IMG/VR virus record: IMGVR_UViG_2593339203_000002
Coordinates: 32,745-96,744 of that record
Length of the DNA stretch: 64,000 nt
Origin: a virus
Taxonomy: Duplodnaviria > Caudoviricetes
Direction: 5' to 3' (one strand)
The position numbers and the translations under genes were made by a program. Numbering within the stretch: position 1 is the first letter of the stretch; each line of letters starts with the position of its first letter. Shown here piece by piece: positions 9,096 through 17,790 of the stretch. Under the pieces are notes generated by a model, which saw only the letters and a list, made by a program, of their open reading frames with translations, had not been told where the DNA came from and searched no databases.

Positions 9096-10505
9096 GTGTG
9101 CGGCATCATCGCGGCCGCCGGCCACCTCGACCTGGCCCCGGCCGTGGAGGCCCTGGCACACCGGGGCCCGGACGCCGCCGCCGTCGTCCAGGAGTACGGC
9201 GTCACCCTCGGCCACACCCGCCTGGCCATCCAGGACCCGGGCTCCCGCTCGGACCAGCCGTACAGGGACGGCCCCGTGACGCTGGTCTATAACGGGGAAC
9301 TGTTCAACGCCCCCCGCGTGTGCGCCCTCGTGGAGTCCATGGACCCGCGCCGCAACTGGACCACCACGGGGGACACGGAGGTCGTCGCGGCCGCCCTGGC
9401 CACGCTCGGCCCGGAGGCGACGCTCCCGGAGCTGGACGGCATGTACGGCCTCGTCTGGACCGATGCCCGCCGCCCCGGCGTCCTCATGGCAGCCCGGGAC
9501 CGCCACGGGGAGGTCCCCCTCCACGTCCACCGTGGCGCCCCCGCCCTCATCGCCTCCGAGCTCAAGGCCTTCCGCGCGCTCGGCCGGCGCTGCGGGAAGG
9601 CCGTGGTCGACGTCCCCCCGGGGGAGTGGTGGGAGCTCTACGGCGGCGCCCTGACCCGCCACGTCTTCCACCGGCTCACCGCCACACCCGCCCCCGGCCT
9701 CACCCGAGAGACCGCCGCCGCACAGCTACGCCATGCCCTGGCCCGCGCGGTGGACCGCCGGGTGATCGCGGACGTGCCGGTGTGCGCGCTCCTCTCCGGC
9801 GGCATCGACTCCGCCGCCATCGTCGCCGAGCTGGTCCGGCACCACCCCGGCCTCACCACGTACACCGCCGTACTGGACCCGAAGTCGGCGGACCTCCGCC
9901 ACGCCCGGGAGACCGCCGAAGCGCTCGGCGTGACGCTGGTGGAGGTCCCCGTGGCCCCGCCCACGGCGGACGACCTCACCCGCGCCCTGGAGGTGATCGA
10001 GCAGCCCTCCAAAGCTCAGGTGGAGATCGCCTGGCCGTGCCTGGCCCTCGCGTCCGCCATGCGCGCGGACGGCTACCGCGTCACCTACACCGGCGAAGGC
10101 AGTGACGAGCTATGGGCGTCCTACGGCTTCGCCTACCGCGGCATCCGGGAGGCCGGCTGGTACCCCTACCGCCGGGACCTCATCGCCGCGCAGGCCGTAC
10201 GGAACTTCCCCAGGGTGAACAAGGCGTTCATGTCGGCCGGGGTGGAGGGCCGCCTCCCCTTCCTGGACCCCGACCTGGTCACCCTGGCGCTCTCCATGCC
10301 CGAGGCCACCGTCCGGGACGCCGACACCCCCACCGGCCGTAAAGCCGTCCTCTCCGCCGCCTACCGCGACCGCCTCCCCGCCTCCGTCCTCCGCCGGGCG
10401 AAGGTCGCGTTCCAGGACGGCCTAGGCCTGAAACCGATCATCACCAGCGCCCTCCCCAACCCCGTGAGGTACTACCGTGCAGAACACTTCCGCCTCTACG
10501 GCTGA
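9096..10505 (+). CDS. Asparagine synthase (glutamine-hydrolysing)-like amidotransferase
   Basis: N-terminal MCGI nucleophile, HRGPD, GHTRLAI, NGELFN, DTEV, SGGIDS PP-loop, TGEGSDEL, RLPFLD. Confidence 0.9.
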   Translation: MCGIIAAAGHLDLAPAVEALAHRGPDAAAVVQEYGVTLGHTRLAIQDPGSRSDQPYRDGPVTLVYNGELFNAPRVCALVESMDPRRNWTTTGDTEVVAAALATLGPEATLPELDGMYGLVWTDARRPGVLMAARDRHGEVPLHVHRGAPALIASELKAFRALGRRCGKAVVDVPPGEWWELYGGALTRHVFHRLTATPAPGLTRETAAAQLRHALARAVDRRVIADVPVCALLSGGIDSAAIVAELVRHHPGLTTYTAVLDPKSADLRHARETAEALGVTLVEVPVAPPTADDLTRALEVIEQPSKAQVEIAWPCLALASAMRADGYRVTYTGEGSDELWASYGFAYRGIREAGWYPYRRDLIAAQAVRNFPRVNKAFMSAGVEGRLPFLDPDLVTLALSMPEATVRDADTPTGRKAVLSAAYRDRLPASVLRRAKVAFQDGLGLKPIITSALPNPVRYYRAEHFRLYG

Positions 10506-11409
10506 CACCGCCGCCGGCCCGGGGCCCGCTCCGGAGGACGCCGCCCGCTGCCGGTGCGGCCACCCGAAGGGCGACCACAGCGACCGCCGCGACCACCCGT
10601 CATCCCCGACCGTCCCCCGCCGCCCCTGGTGCCACGCCTGTGAGGGCACGTGCGACTACGCCCCGCGCGGCCAGGAGCCGGAGGACATCGCGGAGTCCTT
10701 CGCCACCGGCGCGTGGGAGTTCACCCCCGCCGTCGTGGACGTCTTCCCCGAGCACGTCCGCGCCTCCGTCCCGTACTACGACGCCATTCAAGACCTGGTC
10801 GCGGAGGCCGCGGACTGGCTCCTCCCGGATGACGGCCTGGTCGCCGACCTCGGCGCCTCCACCGGGACCACCGTCCACCGCATCGCCCAACGGCACCCCA
10901 CACGCCAACTCCGCGCCTCCCTCTACGACCAGGAGACCGCCATGCTGGACCGGGCCGCGGAAACCCTGGCCGGCGTCTCCAACCTCCACGTGGACTACGT
11001 CCCGGCCGACATCCGCCGCTCCCCCCTCGGCCACCAGGACGCGAACCTCACCCTGGCCCTCTTCACCCTCCAGTTCCTCCCCCTGGCCGACCGCGTCCAC
11101 GTCCTACGCCAGGCTCGCCACGCCGCCGCCTCCACCGGCGCCCTCATCGTCGCCGAGAAGGTCCGCCCGCCGGACGCCCGCTGGGCGGAGATCGCCGCGG
11201 ACGCCTCCCACGACTGGAAGGCCGCCCACGGGATCACGGACTCCGCCATCCGCGCGAAGGCCCGCGCTCTCCGCGGTGTCCTCCAGCCTTACCCGGAGGT
11301 CGCCCTCGTCCAGGCCGTCCATGACGCCGGCTGGTGCTGCCCGGAGGTCCTATTCCGCTGGCACTCCTGGCTCGTCCTCGGCGCGTTCGCCACCCCTACC
11401 GGCCTCTAA
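10477..11409 (+). CDS. CmoA-like class I SAM enzyme (putative carboxy-SAM synthase) with N-terminal Cys/His extension
   Basis: WEF...V.DVFP..VR.SVPYY, DLGASTG, FTLQFL, LIVAEK, HDWK...G....I..K resemble CmoA; start uncertain. Confidence 0.8.
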   Translation: MQNTSASTADTAAGPGPAPEDAARCRCGHPKGDHSDRRDHPSSPTVPRRPWCHACEGTCDYAPRGQEPEDIAESFATGAWEFTPAVVDVFPEHVRASVPYYDAIQDLVAEAADWLLPDDGLVADLGASTGTTVHRIAQRHPTRQLRASLYDQETAMLDRAAETLAGVSNLHVDYVPADIRRSPLGHQDANLTLALFTLQFLPLADRVHVLRQARHAAASTGALIVAEKVRPPDARWAEIAADASHDWKAAHGITDSAIRAKARALRGVLQPYPEVALVQAVHDAGWCCPEVLFRWHSWLVLGAFATPTGL

Positions 11410-11496
11410 CCCACCACCCGCACCGCGGCCCCCGGGGAGCCCACCCGGCCCGGCCGTCCCTGGAACCCATAAGACTCTGGAAAGTGAGGGGGCCTC

Positions 11497-11922
11497 ATGG
11501 GCGCATCGAAGGCACAGCGCGCGGCTGCGGCGAAGAAAAGAGCGCAGGCCACGGCCCTACGCGTCGCCGGGGTGGACTGGGCGACGATCGCGGAACGCGT
11601 CGGCTACGCCTCGGCCGGCGCCGCCTGCACCGCCGTGGGCGAGGCCTTGAAAGCCAACCTCCGTGAGCAGGACCAGAACGTGGACGAGCTCCGCGCGCTC
11701 GGCCTGGCGAAGGTCAACCGGCTCCAGGCCGCGTTCTGGCCCGCCGCCATCCAGGACAAGGACCCGAAGGCCGCGAAGGTCGTCCTGGAGTGCATCAAGC
11801 AGGAGGCCCGGTTCCAGGGCACGGAGGCACCGACCCGCGTCAACATGGAGGCGCAGCGCCTCGCGGACGAGATCCTGGCCGTCTTCGACGAGGGGGCCGG
11901 CGGCCCGGGTGAGGGGACGTGA
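11497..11922 (+). CDS. Terminase small subunit (HTH)
   Basis: HTH LRVAGVDWATIAERVGY; GTGA overlap with large subunit. Confidence 0.75.
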   Translation: MGASKAQRAAAAKKRAQATALRVAGVDWATIAERVGYASAGAACTAVGEALKANLREQDQNVDELRALGLAKVNRLQAAFWPAAIQDKDPKAAKVVLECIKQEARFQGTEAPTRVNMEAQRLADEILAVFDEGAGGPGEGT

Positions 11923-13562
11923 GGACCCGAGAGGAGCTGGAGCGGGAGGTCCGGGAACTCGCCCGTACGGGAGACATCACCGCCCTGCGCGAGGTCCGGG
12001 ACGCCGTCCGCAGCGCCCGCTCCCGGAAGAACTCCCGCCGGGTCCTGCGCTACATGTACGACCCGGTGGGGTGGGCGCGGGACTGCATCGCGTGGGAGGA
12101 GGGGGAGGGCCTGACCGCCTATCAGGCGGACTCCCTCGGCGCGATCCCCCGGCAACGGCGCGTGGCCGTACGTGGCCCTCACGGCCTCGGCAAGACCGGC
12201 ATGGCCGCTATCTGCGTGCTCTGGTTCGCCACCACCCGGGAGGCCGCCGGGATCGACTGGAAGGTCATCATGACCGCCTCCGCGTGGAGGCACCTCTCCG
12301 TGTACCTGGTGCCTGAGCTCCGGAAGTGGGCGAAGCGCATCCGGTGGGACGCCGTGGGGCGGGAGCCGTTCTCCGAGCGGACGGAGCTCCTGGCACTCAA
12401 CCTCAAGTTGGAGAACGGCGCCGCCACCCCGGTCGCCTCGAACAAGCCGGAGCTCATCGAGGGTGCGCACGCGGACAGCCTCCTCTACCTGATCGACGAG
12501 GCCAAGATCGTCCCGGATGGGACGTGGGACGCGATTGAGGGAGCGTTCTCCGGCGGCCGTACGGACGGCCCGCCCGGGGAACTCCCCGAGGCCTTCGCCT
12601 TCGCCATCTCCACGCCCGGGCCGCCGGCGGGCCGGTTCTACGACATCCACCGCCGCGCCCCGGGCCTGGAGGACTGGTGGGTCCGTCACGTCCGGCTGGA
12701 AGAGGCCATCGCCGCCGGCCGGATCTCCCGCCAGTGGGCGGAGCAGCGCGCCCGCCAGTGGGGCCGGGACTCCGCCGTCTACGCCAACCGCGTGGAGGGC
12801 GAGTTCCAGGCGTCGGACGAGGACTCCGTCATCCCCCTGGCATGGGTGGAGGCCGCCGTGGAGCGCTGGCACGAGTGGGACCAGGCCGGCCGCCCCGACC
12901 TCGACGGCCGGGAGTACGTCGGCGTGGACGTCGCCCGGGCCGGCGGGGACTCCACCATCCTCGCCCGCCGGTGGGGCGTCGCCGTCGTGGAACTGGAGAG
13001 CCACGACCGGGAAGACACCATGCGCACCACGGCGCGCGTCCAGGCGGCCACTGGAGAGGACGGGGAGGTGATCCCGGTCGTGGACTCCATCGGGGTCGGC
13101 GGCGGCGTCGTGGACCGCCTCCGGGAGCTCTCCGTCCCCGTCCTGGCGTACACCGGCGCGGCCAAGACCCGGGCGCGCACCCGGGACGGGGAGTGGGGGT
13201 TCCGCAACGTCCGCTCCGCGGCGTACTGGCGGATGCGGGAGCTCCTGGACCCCGCATACGAGCCGGAGGTGATGCTCCCCCCGGACGATGAGCTCCTGGC
13301 CGACCTCACCGCCCCCACGTGGGACACCACCACCGGCGTCCCGCCGAAGATCTACGTGGAGCCGAAGGAGGACCTGGTGAAGCGGATGGGCCGCTCCCCC
13401 GACAAGGGGGACGCCGTGGTCATGTCCTACTGGGCGGAGATGCTGGCCGCCACCGCCGTCCACTCCCCGGCACGCCGCGGGCAGTCGGCCGGCACCGGCG
13501 GCCGGACGGCGGCCTCCCGGTACGGGCGCACCATCGGAGGCGGAGGCACCCGCACCCGGTGA
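11919..13562 (+). CDS. terL: Terminase large subunit
   Basis: Walker A GPHGLGKT, Walker B LIDEA, ISTP, nuclease GVDVARAGGD and SPDKGDA. Confidence 0.92.
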   Translation: MRTREELEREVRELARTGDITALREVRDAVRSARSRKNSRRVLRYMYDPVGWARDCIAWEEGEGLTAYQADSLGAIPRQRRVAVRGPHGLGKTGMAAICVLWFATTREAAGIDWKVIMTASAWRHLSVYLVPELRKWAKRIRWDAVGREPFSERTELLALNLKLENGAATPVASNKPELIEGAHADSLLYLIDEAKIVPDGTWDAIEGAFSGGRTDGPPGELPEAFAFAISTPGPPAGRFYDIHRRAPGLEDWWVRHVRLEEAIAAGRISRQWAEQRARQWGRDSAVYANRVEGEFQASDEDSVIPLAWVEAAVERWHEWDQAGRPDLDGREYVGVDVARAGGDSTILARRWGVAVVELESHDREDTMRTTARVQAATGEDGEVIPVVDSIGVGGGVVDRLRELSVPVLAYTGAAKTRARTRDGEWGFRNVRSAAYWRMRELLDPAYEPEVMLPPDDELLADLTAPTWDTTTGVPPKIYVEPKEDLVKRMGRSPDKGDAVVMSYWAEMLAATAVHSPARRGQSAGTGGRTAASRYGRTIGGGGTRTR

Positions 13563-13566
13563 CCAG

Positions 13567-13821
13567 CTACCGCGCCCGGCGCTCCCTGGCGAACCGCTCG
13601 AAGCTCCTCCGAGCCCACACCAGCCCGACACTCACCAGAAAGAGGAACCCCGCGACCACGGCAAACCCCCACTCCCCGAGGCACGCACAGAGGGCCACAC
13701 CAGCGGCCACAGCGGCCAACGCCACGTTGTCCAGGACCTCCCACCGGATGCCAGTACGGAACCGGGCGTAGAGGGTGAACCACGCCAGCACGCCGAGGAT
13801 GCCAACCAGGACGAAAGCCAT
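13567..13821 (-). CDS. Small membrane protein
   Basis: Three hydrophobic segments, basic C-terminus; start chosen at MAFVLV. Confidence 0.6.
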   Translation of the reverse strand: MAFVLVGILGVLAWFTLYARFRTGIRWEVLDNVALAAVAAGVALCACLGEWGFAVVAGFLFLVSVGLVWARRSFERFARERRAR

Positions 13822-13904
13822 GATCACGGTGAAGCTCCCGGGGTGAGATCGAGCGACCAGGGTAGCGAGCGGCGGAGGAGCGGCACGCGCCCGATTGGCG
13901 GCCG

Positions 13905-14408
13905 TCAGGGCAGGAGCGGGCCCACGGGGTCCACCACGGCGTACGCCTCCCCGAGCTCCCGCCACACCCGGCCCCGGAGGTCCTGGCGCGCCTCCTCCCC
14001 GAGCATCCACCACAACGCCCCGGAGACGGGGAGGTGATACGAGCGCGTCCCGCCCTCCGCCGGCGTGGTGCCGCAGAGGGTGACCACGTCCGCGCCGTCC
14101 TCCAGCGGGGCGTGGACGTGCCGCTCACTGACCTCCCGGCCATCGGCCAGGGCCGCGGCCACCCGGGCAAGCGCAGTCGGGCCGAAGCCACGGATGTCCA
14201 GGAGCGCGTGGCCCTTGACCGCGCCCACCCACGGCACGGGCCGCTCATACTCCGCCCGCAGCGCCTCCACGTCCTCGATGCCCTCACGGCGCAGCGCCCG
14301 CGCGTACCGGTACGCGTACTCATCGCCGCCGAGGAGGTCCCCCAACACTCGGTTCGTCGGGTCCGGGGCAGCGGGCCGGGCCGGGCGTCGCTCCGTCTCA
14401 TGACTCAT
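13905..14408 (-). CDS. Protein with RNA polymerase alpha-CTD-like (HhH) domain
   Basis: ALRREGIEDVEAL...LLDIRGFGPTALARV resembles RpoA-CTD; TACGCT -10 six nt before ATG. Confidence 0.6.
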   Translation of the reverse strand: MSHETERRPARPAAPDPTNRVLGDLLGGDEYAYRYARALRREGIEDVEALRAEYERPVPWVGAVKGHALLDIRGFGPTALARVAAALADGREVSERHVHAPLEDGADVVTLCGTTPAEGGTRSYHLPVSGALWWMLGEEARQDLRGRVWRELGEAYAVVDPVGPLLP

Positions 14409-14430
14409 GCCGGGAGCGTAGCCGTGGCCG

Positions 14431-14811
14431 TCAGGCTCCTTCGAAGGTGACCAGCTCCGCGTCCCCGTCCAGCCGGATCGCCATACGGTGCCCGCACTCC
14501 TGGTACACGGCGACGGCGTACCGCCCTTCCCCCGGGCCGCCCTCAATTTCGTGGCTCATCAGCCCTTGATTGACGTCCGGGCATAGGGGACACCCCCGCT
14601 CCAGCGCGGCCCGGCGAATGTTCGCCGGAGTGTCAGCGGGAATGAGGAGCGTCCCGCCGTTGAGTACCTGGCCCCCCTCGCCCACGGAGTACAGCAGGAG
14701 CTCGCGGCCGTGGTCCGTCTCCAGCTCCACCGTGTCCATCGGAGGCGCGGGGCGGAAAGCGCCCTCCGCCATGGCCTCGAACGCGCGGACGAGGTCCTGG
14801 TCATCGCTCAT
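14431..14811 (-). CDS. Hypothetical protein with CPLC...CGH zinc-ribbon-like motif
   Basis: Same GGCTACGCT-N6-ATG leader as the neighbouring gene. Confidence 0.6.
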   Translation of the reverse strand: MSDDQDLVRAFEAMAEGAFRPAPPMDTVELETDHGRELLLYSVGEGGQVLNGGTLLIPADTPANIRRAALERGCPLCPDVNQGLMSHEIEGGPGEGRYAVAVYQECGHRMAIRLDGDAELVTFEGA

Positions 14812-15082
14812 GCCGTGAGCGTAGCCGCACCTGAGTTGCTGCGGGGTTGTCTCAGTTCGTCCCACCGGCTCCGCCCCGGGGCCGCGGTCCGCTACGGTCG
14901 TTCCACCACCGCAAGACGGCCCTCCTTCGGCCGGCCCTGCTCGTGGCTCCAACCGGGCCGGGGTCCGGCTCCTCGCTCTTCCTGTTGGTGCAGGAAGGGG
15001 CCGCGCCCCGGCTTGAGCCGTCATCAGCACACCGCCCACTCCCGTACGCTTCCCGGCCGCGTCACGACGGAGAGGGGCAGAC

Positions 15083-15793
15083 ATGAGCGGCGGAGGCTTC
15101 GACTACCTCCACGAGCACGCCGGGACGCTGGACGCGCTCGCGGCCCGGCGGTCCACCGTGCAGTCCGTGGGGGACTATCTCGTGGCCCTGGACGTCCTCG
15201 GCTACGGCGACACCGACCGGGCCGGCCGGGACACCCTGGAGCTCGCCCGGCTCCTCCGCCGGTGGGAGCGCCACGCCGTGGCCCACGCCGCGCCCCTCCT
15301 GGCCGTCTGGCGGGTAGCGGACCGCGTGGAGTCCGGCGACGCCGGGGAGGCCGAGCTCCGCGCGGCCACCGCCGGGTACGCCGCTCGGCAGGTCTCACCC
15401 GGACGGCGCCCCGTGGACGACCCGGCCGGCTACCTGCGGGACGCCCTGGCCACCCACGAGCGCAGTGAGCGTGACCGCCGCACCCTCCACCCCGGCGCCC
15501 CTGACATCGAGCTCACCTACCGCCACGGCGCGATGGAGTGGGCCACGGAAGACGGCCAGGTCCTCACGGCCGAGTGGTGGGAGCAGCACTCCGACTCCGC
15601 CGCGGACCCGTTCGTCCTCGCCCTCATCGCCTCCATGCGGGACCTCCTGGACGACTACGACCAGGACGCCGCACTCCTCAAGACGTTGGACCCTGCCGGG
15701 GAGGCGTACGGCATGACGGTGAAGGGCCAGGCCGTCCGCGCCGGGATCATCCGCCAGTGGGCCGCCGCGTACGCTGCCCGGCAGGAGGGATGA
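15083..15793 (+). CDS. Hypothetical phage protein
   Basis: 236 aa, GGAGAGGGG SD, begins MSGGGFDYL. Confidence 0.7.
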   Translation: MSGGGFDYLHEHAGTLDALAARRSTVQSVGDYLVALDVLGYGDTDRAGRDTLELARLLRRWERHAVAHAAPLLAVWRVADRVESGDAGEAELRAATAGYAARQVSPGRRPVDDPAGYLRDALATHERSERDRRTLHPGAPDIELTYRHGAMEWATEDGQVLTAEWWEQHSDSAADPFVLALIASMRDLLDDYDQDAALLKTLDPAGEAYGMTVKGQAVRAGIIRQWAAAYAARQEG

Positions 15794-16020
15794 CCGTGGA
15801 GCAGGAGTACGCCCCCGGCGGCCTGGTGCCGCCCGCCCCGACCGCCGGCCGGTTCAACGGGCCCGTGGTGTTCGTGCCGCTCGGCTACGGTCCCGCGGTC
15901 GCCGCCCGGGCCGCGCGCCTGGCGCTCCTCCACGGCGTGGAGGAGGCGGAGGCCTACGTGAACGAGGCCGCCGCGTCACGGCCTACTCCCCGGGGTACGG
16001 ACCGACGTCCTCCCGGGTGA
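15790..16020 (+). CDS. Small hypothetical protein
   Basis: ATGA overlap with previous gene, AGGAGG upstream. Confidence 0.45.
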   Translation: MTVEQEYAPGGLVPPAPTAGRFNGPVVFVPLGYGPAVAARAARLALLHGVEEAEAYVNEAAASRPTPRGTDRRPPG

Positions 16021-16210
16021 CCACGGTCACGGGGAGCTCGGCGTCCCCGGACGGCCGGCGGGCGATCCCGCGCCACGTCTCCCGGACGTCCTCCGGGGCG
16101 ACCTCCCACGCGATGGCGGCCACGGGGGCGTGCCACCAGCGGGTCCCGTTGTCCACGCAGAGCGTGACGCAGTCGGGCGGGACGTCCAGGGGGGTATGGG
16201 TGTGGCTCAT
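15983..16210 (-). CDS. Small hypothetical protein
   Basis: GAAAGGTG SD before ATG at 16210. Confidence 0.55.
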   Translation of the reverse strand: MSHTHTPLDVPPDCVTLCVDNGTRWWHAPVAAIAWEVAPEDVRETWRGIARRPSGDAELPVTVVTREDVGPYPGE

Positions 16211-16301
16211 CAGACACCTTTCGGAGAGTGTGATCAGGTCGTGGACCTCGATAGGCCGGCGTCCACGGCCCGGCAGCGGGCGGCCCCAGTCGCACCAGCC
16301 G

Positions 16302-16520
16302 CTAAAGGTCTTGTGTCCAGCGGCAGCCACGCGCGGGGCAGTAGAGGTACCTGCCGCCGTTCGATCCGTCCTCTGACAGGACGCGCCCCCTTCCGCAGGC
16401 GGGGCAGCGGTCGCCGTGCCGAGCCTCTGGAAGATCGCCGGCTGACTCCTCATGCCGAGTTTCAACCGTGGCGGGGTTCAGCCCAAGGACTCGCCGAATG
16501 ACGCGCTCCAAGCCGCTCAT
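16302..16520 (-). CDS. Small zinc-ribbon protein
   Basis: CPAC...C...GCRW; ATGA overlap with upstream gene, AGGAGG SD. Confidence 0.6.
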   Translation of the reverse strand: MSGLERVIRRVLGLNPATVETRHEESAGDLPEARHGDRCPACGRGRVLSEDGSNGGRYLYCPARGCRWTQDL

Positions 16521-16981
16521 GACTGCCCCTCCTGGTGGGCCGTCTCGTTGAAGGTGTACACGTCGAGCACCGCCTCCAGCTCCTCATCGTGGTCCATGCA
16601 TGAGCGGAACGGGCACGGTAGGTCCTCCGTGGGCGGGGCGGTGAGCGCGGCCCGGGCGGCGGACACTACCTCCGCGGGCTCCGGCACTAGGGAGCGGCAC
16701 GCGGTGACGGAGGCGCCGCACACGTCACCGGCCGGTCCCCACCCCACGGACCAGCCGGCCTCATCGGTCCATAGGAGGGAGACCTCCTGGTCCCCGTACG
16801 CCCGCCAGGTGGCGCGCATGTCGAGGTCGAGGACGGCCCGGCGAAGGAGGACCAAGTCCGCTTCCTCGTCGTGGGGGTAGGACACGGCGCTCACGGGGAC
16901 GTCGGCGGCGGCGAGGGCGGCGGCCACGGCCCGGATGTAGGCGCGGTGGGTGAGCTGGTCCGGAAGGTCGAGCAGAGGCAT
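16517..16981 (-). CDS. DUF6292-like protein
   Basis: AYIRAVAAAL...LLWTDEAGWS...LVPEPAEV; AGGAG SD. Confidence 0.65.
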   Translation of the reverse strand: MPLLDLPDQLTHRAYIRAVAAALAAADVPVSAVSYPHDEEADLVLLRRAVLDLDMRATWRAYGDQEVSLLWTDEAGWSVGWGPAGDVCGASVTACRSLVPEPAEVVSAARAALTAPPTEDLPCPFRSCMDHDEELEAVLDVYTFNETAHQEGQS

Positions 16982-17009
16982 GAGGGCACTCCTGTGGAGT
17001 CGTTCCTCG

Positions 17010-17026
17010 CCCGGCCCGCAACCAGC
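17010..17026 (-). promoter_or_regulatory. 17-nt leader element, minus-strand copy
   Basis: GCTGGTTGCGGGCCGGG on minus strand, 28 nt before ATG at 16981. Confidence 0.7.
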
Positions 17027-17451
17027 AGCGTAAGAGCCTGCCCGGCGTTCCAGCGCGGGCGGCAGAGCCACCGTAGCGCGTAACCGGCCGGGCGTGGGGG
17101 AGAACGGCCGCGGTCCCCGGACCGGGAGGGCACGGGGACCGCAGGGTGGAAGGGCGCCGCCCCCCTTGCGAGGACCAGGGCGGTGCCTTCCGGCGGGGCG
17201 GGCGGCGGCCAGTGGGGCGCGTACTCCCACGCCGTCCGGACACTGCATCGGCATAACCGCCGGGGCCCCGTGCCCGCACCCTACCGGAATTCCCGGAGCA
17301 TTCCGCCGCGGAATTGATCAGAATTACTACGCGCTAAACCCCCGAATTGATCGAAAGAGTGGCCGTGACCAGCGGATTTGCCTGCCCTGACGCTCTCCGC
17401 ATTGGCCTATGATGCGGCGCCGAACATCGGCGGATCATGCAAGGGGCGGAA

Positions 17452-17790
17452 ATGATCGGAATTCCGGAGATCGGCATCCTGGCACTCGCCGGATATCGGC
17501 TCACACAGCTCGGCGTTCATGACGCCATCCTGGACCCCGCACGAGACCGGGTATTCGACTGGCAGACACGCCGCCCGGAGTCCTCCGTGAGGGCCTTTCT
17601 CGTCACCCTCATCTCCTGCGTGTACTGCCTCGGCTGGTGGCTCTCCGGCGCCGTCCTGGCCGCCTACCTCCTCACCACCGACCAGTGGACCGGAACCCCC
17701 CTCCTCCTCCACGGCCTGGAATGGCTGGCCGTCGCCGGCGGCGCCGTCCTCCTCAACCGCTGGGACGACTCCCGCAAGGACGCATCGTGA
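17452..17790 (+). CDS. DUF1360-like membrane protein with CxxC
   Basis: YRLT.L...D.I..P.R...LISCVYCLGWW; TATGAT -10 upstream. Confidence 0.75.
   Translation: MIGIPEIGILALAGYRLTQLGVHDAILDPARDRVFDWQTRRPESSVRAFLVTLISCVYCLGWWLSGAVLAAYLLTTDQWTGTPLLLHGLEWLAVAGGAVLLNRWDDSRKDAS

Noticed and set aside
7971-10505. 844-aa ORF suggesting a long N-terminal extension on the amidotransferase
   Set aside because: The first 375 codons are an off-frame read of the methyltransferase; Ntn amidotransferases need Cys at the N-terminus, giving the GTG start at 9096.
9096-10505. Amidotransferase as an auxiliary asparagine-synthesis gene or lasso-peptide cyclase
   Set aside because: No precursor peptide or peptidase genes nearby; its position between a DNA methyltransferase and CmoA argues for DNA modification.
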